64,000 bases of DNA from Candidatus Thorarchaeota archaeon (GTDB lineage Archaea; Asgardarchaeota; Thorarchaeia; Thorarchaeales; Thorarchaeaceae). Under the pieces are notes generated by a model that was not told where the DNA came from, made no database searches, and saw nothing but the letters and a program-made list of their open reading frames with translations. A program made the translations under genes and the position numbers. Shown here piece after piece: positions 28,164 to 37,276 of this stretch (its first letter is position 1; every line of letters begins with the position of its first letter). The DNA lies in assembly GCA_038893995.1 (NCBI GenBank), contig JAWAQK010000004.1, positions 1-64,000 on the forward strand, given 5' to 3'.

Positions 28164-28556
28164 CTACTCCTGCTCCGTCTCTGATCTCTTTCGTCTGGCG
28201 GCGAGCAATGCCTTTAGTTCGCCCATCATGCCGCCTCCAGGAGAGACTGGCTTCGGAGCGGCCGATACTGGTGCCTTCGCGATTGAGGGTGCTGCCTCGG
28301 CCGCCAGTGATGGTCCTCCTTCTGCAGGCGTCGGGGTGACTCCCCTTGCGATCCTGGACTCGAGAGAGCTGATCTTTGACTCGAGGCTATTCACCTGATT
28401 CTGGAGTGAGCTTATGTTCCCCTCAAGGACCCCGATTGCCTCTACCAGCTTGTGAGTAATTGTACTGACGACCTCTCCAAGCCCCCTGAGCTTCTCCTCT
28501 GTAGGATCCTTGAGTGCCCACTCAAACTCTTCCATGATGAAGTCATCGTCGCCCAT
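28164..28556 (-). CDS. Small coiled-coil + Pro/Ala linker protein with C-terminal Ena/VASP FAB-like motif
   Basis: Heptads IGVLEGNISSLQNQVNSLESKISSLESRI, linker TPTPAEGGP..APKPVSP, C-terminal GGGMMGELKALLAARRKR. Fills the gap between glmM and bshB. Confidence 0.75.
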   Translation of the reverse strand: MGDDDFIMEEFEWALKDPTEEKLRGLGEVVSTITHKLVEAIGVLEGNISSLQNQVNSLESKISSLESRIARGVTPTPAEGGPSLAAEAAPSIAKAPVSAAPKPVSPGGGMMGELKALLAARRKRSETEQE

Positions 28557-28587
28557 GGATACGTCCCGCTAAGACTTCCTCGATACG

Positions 28588-29982
28588 CTATAAAGGTTGT
28601 CTGCGCCGACTTGCAACCTCCACAATTGTGCTCTGGACTATTGGCTCGACGGAGTCGAGGATCTGCCTGAGACCGTCCGATGTCTTTGCCTCACAGGTGA
28701 TTCTAATCACCGGTTCCGTACCCGAGGGTCTCACAAGTGCCCAACCATTTCTCAACACGATCCCCAGTCCGTCGACCTTGGTGACACTGACTATCTCGGG
28801 TACACTGGACGGCAGTCTCCTCTCTAACAACTCCATCACGGGACCCTTGATGTGTTCTTCGCAGTTGAGCTTGACCTTGCTCAGGGGGTACACGGGTATG
28901 TCAGAGATGAGTTCTCCAAGAGTGCGGCCTGACTCAGCCATCAGTTCGAGTACCCTGCATACCGCGAGAAACGGTTCGGGTCCAAGGTGAAAATCGGGAA
29001 AGATGAAGACTCCGCAGGCCTCTCCTCCGAAGCATGCACCAGACTCCTGGATCTTCATGGCCACCTGAATGTCGCCAACGGGTGTGCGTATTGTCGCCCC
29101 ACCACTCTTTGAGACAGTGTCATCGAGTACCTGTGAGCTATCGACAGTCGTGACGACTGTCTTGGACGTGCAATCGCGAATCATCTCTCGCGCAAGGAGG
29201 GCAATGATCCGGTCTCCTCGTATGACCTCTCCAGTCTCTGACACGAAGACGACCCGGTCTGAATCGCCATCATGTGCCACACCCAGCGCGGCCCCACTCT
29301 GTCTTACCATAGTGACAAGGTCAGCAAGGGACTCTTCGTCCGGCTCCGATCTTCTGCCCGGAAAGTGCCCATCGAGCTGGCCGTTGATACTCAGGACTTT
29401 ACATCCAAGCTTACGCAGCAGGTACGGGGTCATGAGAGTACCAACACCATTACCGGGGTCGACCACCACCTTGAACCCCATGGATGCCACAAGACCAACG
29501 TCACAACGGTCTAGGATCGCCGTCATGTGTCTGGAAACTGCATGGTCAATCTGGGTGTCCTTTCCCAGCCGGTCCCACGTCTGGCGCTTGAACTCTCTGC
29601 GCTGCAGTATGTCCTCTATCCGCCGTTCCTGCTCGGGTGTGTAGCCCATGCCATCGGACCGCCAGAACTTGACCCCTGTGTACTCCGGTGGATTATGCGA
29701 CGCAGTCACTATGACTCCTGCAGCGTATCGATCAACTCCGGTCATGAATGCCAGAGTCGGTGTCGGTATCGTGCCCGCACGCACAACATCGACACCTGTT
29801 GACATCACGCCGGCAGCAAATGCATCTGCAATCATTCTCCCCGTCGTTCGGGCATCTTGCGCAAGTAGGATCTTCCCCTCACCAAGATAGGTCCCGAGAG
29901 CCATACCGAGGTCCAGCGCGAGATCCAGGGTGAACTCTGTCCCGTAGACCTTTCTCACTCCTGTCGTTCCAAAGAGGGACAC
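28588..29982 (-). CDS. glmM: Phosphoglucosamine mutase / phosphomannomutase
   Basis: LFGTTGVR, TASHNP (phospho-Ser), DGDSDR metal loop, GGE..G, VRPSGTEP. Probable GTG start 29982. Confidence 0.92.
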   Translation of the reverse strand: MSLFGTTGVRKVYGTEFTLDLALDLGMALGTYLGEGKILLAQDARTTGRMIADAFAAGVMSTGVDVVRAGTIPTPTLAFMTGVDRYAAGVIVTASHNPPEYTGVKFWRSDGMGYTPEQERRIEDILQRREFKRQTWDRLGKDTQIDHAVSRHMTAILDRCDVGLVASMGFKVVVDPGNGVGTLMTPYLLRKLGCKVLSINGQLDGHFPGRRSEPDEESLADLVTMVRQSGAALGVAHDGDSDRVVFVSETGEVIRGDRIIALLAREMIRDCTSKTVVTTVDSSQVLDDTVSKSGGATIRTPVGDIQVAMKIQESGACFGGEACGVFIFPDFHLGPEPFLAVCRVLELMAESGRTLGELISDIPVYPLSKVKLNCEEHIKGPVMELLERRLPSSVPEIVSVTKVDGLGIVLRNGWALVRPSGTEPVIRITCEAKTSDGLRQILDSVEPIVQSTIVEVASRRRQPL

Positions 29983-30177
29983 CTTCTCACCACCAGACCC
30001 TGTTCTGTGGTAGATGAAAAATGTAATGCTCTGAGGGGGGAACACTCTTGAACTCCGGTCAGTCGAGTGACCTCTGGAATCCTGATACTGGTCCGAGAAA
30101 GCTTATTAGGCCCGCATGAGCTACTCGCCAACCGATTACTGGCGGTCAAGACGATACTGGAGAGTCTGGAATGGCAG

Positions 30178-30726
30178 ATGAGTAGTACGTATGATTATCT
30201 ATTCAAGACGGTTGTTCTGGGGGAGGGTGCTGTCGGAAAGACTGCGATAGTCACCAGATTCTCGCATGGTTTCTTCAGGACTGACTACAAGACCACGATC
30301 GGGTCCCAGTTTGCAGTGAAGAGCATCGATGTCTTCACTAAGAGCGGAAATCGTGTCACTGTAAAGCTTCAGATATGGGATGTGGCTGGTCAGTCCCGTT
30401 TTCAGATACTCAGACCGATGTATTATCGGGGATCCAGCGGCGGTCTGCTAGTCTATGATGTCACCAGAAGGCGTACGTTCCTAGTGCTCGACGAGTGGCT
30501 CGAGGAACTGAGGAAGTCAGTCAACAAGGACATTCCTCTCGTATTGGTCGCAAACAAGATAGACCTCCCCGACAGAGTGGTGACTGCAGCAGAGGGCAAG
30601 AAGTATGCCGAGGAGCACGGGATGCCCTACGTGGAGTCTAGTGCCAAGAGCGGAGAGGGTATTCTGGACGTATTCGAGAGTCTTGCGAAGACACTGATTG
30701 AGGCTCGAGAGGCTGGACGCGCTTAG
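30178..30726 (+). CDS. Rab-like small GTPase (Ras superfamily, eukaryotic signature protein)
   Basis: YDYLFK, GEGAVGKT (G1), TIG (G2), KLQIWDVAGQ (G3), YYRGS, LVYDVT, NKID (G4), SAK (G5). No C-terminal Cys. Confidence 0.95.
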   Translation: MSSTYDYLFKTVVLGEGAVGKTAIVTRFSHGFFRTDYKTTIGSQFAVKSIDVFTKSGNRVTVKLQIWDVAGQSRFQILRPMYYRGSSGGLLVYDVTRRRTFLVLDEWLEELRKSVNKDIPLVLVANKIDLPDRVVTAAEGKKYAEEHGMPYVESSAKSGEGILDVFESLAKTLIEAREAGRA

Positions 30727-30771
30727 CCACGCTGTCCGGGCCCAGATCGTCATTGGTCCTATCGGCTGGGA

Positions 30772-31359
30772 GTGTTCATGACCAAGCCGGACGAGTACTT
30801 CCCTGTCAACACAATTCCTGCTCTCTCATGGGCATTTGAGTTGTATCTGAAGAACAACGGCAGGTTCAAGGATGCTCCTGTTGTCGAACTCATACTTCAG
30901 GCTGGACAACATCGCGAATTGCTCAGCAAGAAGGGTGGCCACGAGATCATCGTGTGGATATCGAGGCGTCGCATCTACGTCCGGGCAAGATGCCTCGAGG
31001 ACAAGGACTGTGAGTTCAATGTGGACAGGATTGACGGACGAGACCGAGAGGCCCTGAAGAAGCTGGCGTGGGACAAGATAGACGCGCGCAGATTCTTTGT
31101 GATGCTCCGCAAGTGGATAATGCGGCTCGACCTCGACAATATACTGTTCATAAGGGCGCTCAACACAGTGTGCGATCACAAGGTGAGGATCCCATTGACC
31201 ACGCAGTATGGGCGAACATTCGAGAAGTTTGATGAATACCGACGCAATCGATGGCCCGAGGATGTCACCCCTGACGATATGGACCGCTTCATCGAGGAGT
31301 TGCTGATGCGGGTGTCATTCTGGTTCCAGAGCGCGGCAGCGGTTGGAGCGCTCGTCTGA
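30772..31359 (+). CDS. Hypothetical protein directly downstream of the Rab-like GTPase
   Basis: 195 aa soluble, aromatic-rich, C-x5-C; co-oriented with a 45-bp gap. Confidence 0.75.
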   Translation: MFMTKPDEYFPVNTIPALSWAFELYLKNNGRFKDAPVVELILQAGQHRELLSKKGGHEIIVWISRRRIYVRARCLEDKDCEFNVDRIDGRDREALKKLAWDKIDARRFFVMLRKWIMRLDLDNILFIRALNTVCDHKVRIPLTTQYGRTFEKFDEYRRNRWPEDVTPDDMDRFIEELLMRVSFWFQSAAAVGALV

Positions 31360-31372
31360 GGTGTGATGATGG

Positions 31373-32506
31373 ATGAAGATCGGTCTACTGGTCAATCCCA
31401 TTGCCGGAATGGGTGGCCGTGTTGGCCTGAAGGGTACGGATGGCGTATACGAGAGGGCAGTCAAGTTGGGTGCTGTACCTGTGGCACCCCAGAGAGCACA
31501 GGAGTTCCTCACATCACTGAAGCAGCTCTACACTCATCTTGAGAGGGTCCCCCCGGCGATCGTGACGTGTCCGTCCATCATGGGTCAGTCCGAGGTAGAA
31601 TCAGTGGGTCTTCACCATGAAACTATCGATGTTCAGATTGGCAATCCGACCTCGTCAGAAGACACAAGACGTTGTGTCAATGCTCTCTATCAGGCAGGCG
31701 TGCGCCTCTTGGTGTTCGTAGGAGGAGACGGGACTGCAAGAGACATTGTTGACGCCGTGCAGACCAACAGGCTGGACGATCTCTCAGTGATTGGCGTGCC
31801 CTCAGGAGTCAAGATGTACAGTGGTGTCTTCGTCGTCAATCCAGCGGTTGCAGCAGATGTAGTTCGACTGGTGGACGAGGGGATGACAACAACCACCGAC
31901 TTCGAGGTGATGGACGCCGATGAACAGTCATTCAGGGAGGACCAGTTCGTGGTTCGCCTCTATGGCTTTCTCAGGGGGCCACTTGTACCAGCACGATTTC
32001 AGGGTGCGAAACAGGTCAGCCCCGAGACCGTGGACGAGAGGGAGGCTCAGGAGGCCATCGCACGATATGTCGTAGAGCGGATGGTCGATGGCGACTGGTA
32101 CATACTGGGTCCGGGTACCACTGTGAGAGCTGTGGCGGACCTGCTCGGCATCAGGAAGACCGTACTTGGCGTTGACCTATATCAACGGGGAAAGGTGTAC
32201 AACGACGTCAATGAGTCTCAGATACTCCAGCTTGTGTCAGACTTCTCTCGGGCGTGGATCATGGTATCTCCCATTGGTCATCAGGGCATGCTGTTTGGAC
32301 GAGGAAACCAACAGATCAGTCCTGCCATCATCGAACGCGTTGGTCGCGATCATATAGTCGTCATGATGACTGCGGCCAAGCTACGAGGTATTTCGGGGGA
32401 TCATATCTGTGTCGATACCGGCGATCCCAGAGTGGATGAGATGCTGAGGGGATACATTCGGGTCATCACGGACTATGCTGAGATAAGACTGGTCAGGGTG
32501 GAATAG
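31373..32506 (+). CDS. ATP-NAD kinase-like / AcoX family protein (COG3199)
   Basis: NPIAGMGGRVGLKGTDG, GGDGTARD, GVKMYSGVF, GPGTT, FGRGNQQIS, DTGD. Confidence 0.9.
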   Translation: MKIGLLVNPIAGMGGRVGLKGTDGVYERAVKLGAVPVAPQRAQEFLTSLKQLYTHLERVPPAIVTCPSIMGQSEVESVGLHHETIDVQIGNPTSSEDTRRCVNALYQAGVRLLVFVGGDGTARDIVDAVQTNRLDDLSVIGVPSGVKMYSGVFVVNPAVAADVVRLVDEGMTTTTDFEVMDADEQSFREDQFVVRLYGFLRGPLVPARFQGAKQVSPETVDEREAQEAIARYVVERMVDGDWYILGPGTTVRAVADLLGIRKTVLGVDLYQRGKVYNDVNESQILQLVSDFSRAWIMVSPIGHQGMLFGRGNQQISPAIIERVGRDHIVVMMTAAKLRGISGDHICVDTGDPRVDEMLRGYIRVITDYAEIRLVRVE

Positions 32507-32512
32507 GACCAT

Positions 32513-33277
32513 ATGAGCAAGACCTGCGATAGCTCCAGACCAGTGATCCTGATGACTGACTTCGGGGAGTCTGAGTATGTCGGCATGATGAGGGGCGTGA
32601 TACGAAGTCTATGTCCGTCAGCCGAGATCCTCGACCTCACACATTCGATAACACCTCAGTCAGTAACTGAGGGTGCATGGGTGCTACTCAAGTCGTACAG
32701 ATTCTTCCCCGTAGGGAGCCTGTTCGTCGCAGTGGTCGATCCTGGCGTGGGTAGTGCAAGAGACGCCGTGATCGTCAGGACAAGGGAGTACACCTTTCTC
32801 GGTCCGGACAACGGTCTCCTGTATCCCACTGCAACAGAGAACGGACTAGAGGCTGTCTACAGCATCATTGTACCCACCTCTGTGTCCAAGACGTTTCACG
32901 GTCGAGACGTCTTTGCTGTTGCTGCAGGCAGACTGTCCGCAGGGGCTCCGATTGACACGCTGGGGGTCAGGAAGGGATCTCTTGACGTCCCTCTGATTTT
33001 CCATCTCGAGGGTCCAGAGGGTCAAGTCGTGCGCATTGACCGTTTTGGGAATGTCATCACCAATATTCCTCCGACCGACCGATCCGAGGTCGAGCTGGTG
33101 ATTCATGGTCAGAGTCGAAGACTGAGAGTTGTCGATAACTATGCAGCCGGAAGTGACTCCGAGCTTCTGGTGGTCATAGGAAGCGCAGGAACCCTGGAAA
33201 TAGCCGTCAAGAATGGTCGGGCTGCTGAGCTACTACAGGTCCAGGCCGGCGACATCGTGATGATCAGACCGCTGTGA
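32513..33277 (+). CDS. SAM hydroxide adenosyltransferase (DUF62, SAM hydrolase/halogenase family)
   Basis: TDFG, DLTH, VVDPGVGS.R, GPDNG, TFHGRDVF, IDRFGN, LEIAV. Confidence 0.92.
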   Translation: MSKTCDSSRPVILMTDFGESEYVGMMRGVIRSLCPSAEILDLTHSITPQSVTEGAWVLLKSYRFFPVGSLFVAVVDPGVGSARDAVIVRTREYTFLGPDNGLLYPTATENGLEAVYSIIVPTSVSKTFHGRDVFAVAAGRLSAGAPIDTLGVRKGSLDVPLIFHLEGPEGQVVRIDRFGNVITNIPPTDRSEVELVIHGQSRRLRVVDNYAAGSDSELLVVIGSAGTLEIAVKNGRAAELLQVQAGDIVMIRPL

Positions 33278-33375
33278 TGTACACAGTCATTGATCTCCGT
33301 GCTGAAGTAATGAGACCCTAGCCACTACACACATATTGGCATATGGTACGTCAATGATGGAGGCGACCATCCATC

Positions 33376-33951
33376 ATGGATCGAGAGCAGACCGGACTCA
33401 CATACGTGATATTCCCGACGGAGATGGGACACTGCGGAGCAGTATTCAGGAAGGAACGGGGCCGTCCACTGGCAGTCCGCGTATATCTACCGGCACCTCC
33501 TGACATGGTTGTTGCATCCATAAGACGTGAGTTCCCGGACGCAGAGGAGAACACGGGCCCACTGCCCGAACTCTGTCATCTCATCCAGAGGTATCTTCGT
33601 GGAGAAGACCTAGAGTTTCCCCTCGAACTGATTGACCTCTCAGTGGTTGGACCATTCCAGCGTGCGGTCCTCCTTGTCGACCGTGAGATCCCTAGGGGCA
33701 TGGTCGCGTCGTACGCCTGGGTCGCAGGTAGACTTGGCAATCAAGGCTCACGGGCAGTCGGAAATGCACAGGCGAGGAATCCCTTTCCTATCGTAGTGCC
33801 CTGTCACAGGGTCATACGGTCTGATGGGACACTCGGTGGTTTCGGCGGAGGTCCAGACATGAAGAAGAGGTTGCTACGTCTTGAGGGCGTCTACATTGAT
33901 GAACATGGTCACGTGTCGCCGCCGCAGATCATCCGTCACTACGAGAACTGA
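33376..33951 (+). CDS. ogt: Methylated-DNA--protein-cysteine methyltransferase
   Basis: IP.G...SY, RAVGNA..RNP.PI.VPCHRV active site, GGFGGG..K..LL.LEG. Confidence 0.93.
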   Translation: MDREQTGLTYVIFPTEMGHCGAVFRKERGRPLAVRVYLPAPPDMVVASIRREFPDAEENTGPLPELCHLIQRYLRGEDLEFPLELIDLSVVGPFQRAVLLVDREIPRGMVASYAWVAGRLGNQGSRAVGNAQARNPFPIVVPCHRVIRSDGTLGGFGGGPDMKKRLLRLEGVYIDEHGHVSPPQIIRHYEN

Positions 33952-34131
33952 CCATGTCCCAACACATATGTCGAATGCAGTGTCATTGAACGTGATTTAC
34001 ACCGTCAGGGGTCAGCTGAGCCTTTTCGTGGTCCACAGGACTGTCTCCTTCAGTCCAGCTCCTGATAGCGCGGGCCGTGGCTCCAGTCAGTGGAGGCGGA
34101 AGTCGATAGGCACTCCGGCTCCACCCCTGGG

Positions 34132-35439
34132 CTACAGATCAAACCCGGTCCGACCAGTTCCCCATGACTCGAGGGCCCTGCGTAGCTCAACATGGTCCTC
34201 TGCATACTTCTTGAGGGGTATCTTGTTCATGACTGCATCGATTGCCTGACGGAATGCCCTGGCACCGGCCCTTGGCCCGTCAGGATGTGCGTGAATGCCG
34301 CCCCCCGAGCCGATGACTATGTCTGGTCCCAGGTCTCCGACGACTTCGTCCACCATCCCAGGTGAGATACCTCCGCTAGGCATGGGTGCAGTCTGTCTGA
34401 TGTGATGTAGAGGCATGACCATCTCCCTGGCCATTGCAATGAATCTCTCTTTCAGCAGTGGTGCTTTCCCATATGGGGCCGGAAATACAGTGATGTCAGA
34501 ACCACAGATGCGTGGCAGCTTGCCTATGACGAGGTTGGTTCCCACTCCGGTTATTGGCGAATAGGACAGAGCACCCGTTATGTCCATGTGAGCCAGTACG
34601 GGCACGTTTAGCGATGGGTCCTCACATACATGGCGGAACGCGGAATACCCCACTGCGAGGAAGTTTATCATCAGTGCATTTGCACCAAGCTCTATTGCCC
34701 GCTCTGCGTTCTCGAACATCTTCGGGACCTCGTCCGTGATGTTCACCGTGAAGAGCGTCTTCTCTCCCTTCTCCGAGTTGGCCCGGTCAATGGCCTCCAT
34801 GAATAGTGGGATTCTCTCCTCGATGGAGTTGAAACAGGCATTCGCGAGGAGTTCGTCATCCTTGATTATGTCCGCTCCGCCGGCCGCAGCCTCGTAACAG
34901 AGACTCGCACCCAGTTTGGCCGAAGTATACACACAGGGCTTGATCATATTGTTGAGCAGCGGGCGTTCCTTCACCCCGAGCAGCTTTCTGAGACCCTCGA
35001 TGCCGAACTTTGGTCCCTTGAACTCCTTCAGCCAACTCTGTGGAAACCTGAGGTCTAGGAGCTTTATCCTGCCACCAAGAGATATGTTTCCCACCACCGT
35101 GCTCAGGAGCATCGGTATCTGAGCCCCAAAGTTCTCCCACGGAAAGGCTACCTGAATGATGTACTCTCGTCTCTCGAGGTCCTTGGGAATGCTATACTCA
35201 TACTGGGGGACCTCGTACACGCCGATTACCCTTGCAATATGCCGTCTCCTCACATCGGGAGTTTCTCCTGGCACTGGTGTCCAAGTACCAGTGCTCTGCT
35301 CCACTGCGGCAGCATGAGCTACCTCTCTCGCATCTATGAATGGAGGTAATCCAACATAGTACGTACCTATCACATACTTCTCCGGGTCAATCGCATCGGC
35401 AAGTGCGTCTGGCAGGGAATCGAGTGGCTCTCTGTGCAT
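34132..35439 (-). CDS. RuBisCO-like protein (form IV)
   Basis: EQSTGTW, GPKFG, IKP, GADIIKDDE, SGG, GGGIH.HPDG. The second Lys of KPK and the Arg of HR are missing. Confidence 0.9.
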   Translation of the reverse strand: MHREPLDSLPDALADAIDPEKYVIGTYYVGLPPFIDAREVAHAAAVEQSTGTWTPVPGETPDVRRRHIARVIGVYEVPQYEYSIPKDLERREYIIQVAFPWENFGAQIPMLLSTVVGNISLGGRIKLLDLRFPQSWLKEFKGPKFGIEGLRKLLGVKERPLLNNMIKPCVYTSAKLGASLCYEAAAGGADIIKDDELLANACFNSIEERIPLFMEAIDRANSEKGEKTLFTVNITDEVPKMFENAERAIELGANALMINFLAVGYSAFRHVCEDPSLNVPVLAHMDITGALSYSPITGVGTNLVIGKLPRICGSDITVFPAPYGKAPLLKERFIAMAREMVMPLHHIRQTAPMPSGGISPGMVDEVVGDLGPDIVIGSGGGIHAHPDGPRAGARAFRQAIDAVMNKIPLKKYAEDHVELRRALESWGTGRTGFDL

Positions 35440-35667
35440 CTTGATCGTCAGTTTCTTCGGCCTACTGTCTATTATTTCCTTCTGAAGGGACAGCCGCGCC
35501 CATGTTCTTCAGTCTCCCACTCGCAACAGGGCTGGACGACCTCTATTTGTGACAAGGCCAGCATGAGGGGATTCTGGAGTACACGCGGGCGGAAGTGTCC
35601 CATAGCTTGGTTTATGAGTAGATGGCTCGGCAATCACCCAGAAAACAAAGGGAGCCTTAGATTCACG

Positions 35668-37260
35668 TTGAGACCCATCCTCGAGATTGCCCGGAGTATT
35701 GGTATTCCAGACGATTGCGTTGAACCTTACGGACAGTACATGGCAAAGATAAGCCTCAGGGCAAGGGATGTTCTGAAGGAGCGGCGTGGTCGTCTCATTC
35801 TTGTGACCGCGACAACTCCGACTCCCTCTGGAGAGGGCAAGACTACCAATGCAATCGGACTGTCGATGGCCCTGAATAGGCTGGGCTATAGTGCGGTGGT
35901 CACGCTCAGGGAACCATCATTGGGCCCAGTCTTTGGTGTGAAGGGCGGTGCCGCTGGTGGCGGGAGGTCTCAGGTCCTCCCGTCCGAGAGGATCAATCTC
36001 TTGTTCACGGGGGACTTTCCGGCAGTCAGTGCAGCACACAATCTGTTGGCTGCGATGATCGACAATCACATCTACCAGGGGAATGCACTCGGAATAGATG
36101 TCGTAAAGGTGAGCTGGCCGCGCACCGTAGACATGAATGATCGTGCTCTCAGGGAGATAGTTGTTGCGCTGGGTCAGAAGAACGGCATCCCCCGCGAGAC
36201 ATCGTTCGTGATAACAGCAGCCTCGGAGGTCATGGCCATTCTTGCCCTTGCAAAGGACTATGAAGACCTACGAGAGCGGCTTGGTAGGATTGTAGTCGGA
36301 GCGACCACAACAAAGGAAGATGTGTGCGCGCGGGATCTCAAGGCTGATGGTGCAATGAGCGTTCTCCTCAGGGATGCACTCATGCCCAATCTCGTCCAGA
36401 CCTCGGAGGGCACTCCGGCAATCGTCCACACAGGTCCATTTGCGAACATTGCACACGGTACCAACTCGGTGATTGCCATAGATATGGCACTAAGGCTCTT
36501 CGACTACGTGGTTGTCGAGGCCGGCTTCGGAGCTGACCTTGGTGCCGAGAAGTTTGTCAACATTGTGTCCCGCGTTGGAAACTTCAATATCGACGCGGTT
36601 GCACTCATCACCTCGATTCGTGCCCTGGAGGAGCATGGCAAAGGTGATCTTAGGGCGGGATTCCCCAACCTGGAGGTACATGCCGAGAACATACACAGCT
36701 GGGGGCTCCCTCTTGTCGTGGTACTCAATCGTTTCCCTGACGATACATCCGAGAAGATCGACATCCTCAGGAAGCTCTGTCAGGACCGGGGCTGGCAGTT
36801 CGAGGTCTCCGAGGTGTACGCCAAGGGCAGTGAGGGCGGACTGTCTGTGGCCAGAGCCGTTGTAGAAGCGGCTAGCAAGGGTTCTGAACTGAGAAGGACC
36901 TACGAACTGAGTGACAGCATCAAGTCGAAGATAGAGAAGGTCGCTAAGCAGGTGTATCATGCCTCAAGGGTGTCCTATTCGGAAGACGCAGAGAGTCAGC
37001 TAAGACGACTTGAAAAGCGGGGATACGGCAGCCTGCCGGTCTGCATTGCTAAGACTCAATTCTCGATATCAGACAACCCGAAGCTCAAGGGCCGACCCAG
37101 CGGCTTCGAAGTCTCTGTCCGTGAGGTCGAGCTGAACGCAGGTGCGGGCTTCATCGTGGTCCTGATGGGAGACATACTCAGAATGCCCGGACTGCCCAAG
37201 CAACCTGCAGCAGAGGGGATGAGCATCGATGAAAATGGAGAAATATCAGGAGTCTTTTGA
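35668..37260 (+). CDS. fhs: Formate--tetrahydrofolate ligase
   Basis: TPTPSGEGKTT, REPSLGPVFGVKGGAAGGG, GPFANIAHG, EAGFGADLGAEKF, AKTQ.S, MPGLP. Probable TTG start 35668. Confidence 0.96.
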   Translation: MRPILEIARSIGIPDDCVEPYGQYMAKISLRARDVLKERRGRLILVTATTPTPSGEGKTTNAIGLSMALNRLGYSAVVTLREPSLGPVFGVKGGAAGGGRSQVLPSERINLLFTGDFPAVSAAHNLLAAMIDNHIYQGNALGIDVVKVSWPRTVDMNDRALREIVVALGQKNGIPRETSFVITAASEVMAILALAKDYEDLRERLGRIVVGATTTKEDVCARDLKADGAMSVLLRDALMPNLVQTSEGTPAIVHTGPFANIAHGTNSVIAIDMALRLFDYVVVEAGFGADLGAEKFVNIVSRVGNFNIDAVALITSIRALEEHGKGDLRAGFPNLEVHAENIHSWGLPLVVVLNRFPDDTSEKIDILRKLCQDRGWQFEVSEVYAKGSEGGLSVARAVVEAASKGSELRRTYELSDSIKSKIEKVAKQVYHASRVSYSEDAESQLRRLEKRGYGSLPVCIAKTQFSISDNPKLKGRPSGFEVSVREVELNAGAGFIVVLMGDILRMPGLPKQPAAEGMSIDENGEISGVF

Positions 37261-37276
37261 TTGATGGTGAATCGAG

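Noticed and set aside
32513-33277. Fluorinase/chlorinase (halometabolite biosynthesis)
   Set aside because: The Asp/Arg/His-type motifs (VDPGVG..R, TFHGRD) fit the widespread DUF62 SAM hydroxide adenosyltransferase, and there is no halometabolite cluster context.
34132-35439. Bona fide CO2-fixing RuBisCO (form III)
   Set aside because: Residues equivalent to Lys177 and Arg295 are replaced (IKPC, AHMD), which fits form IV RLP.
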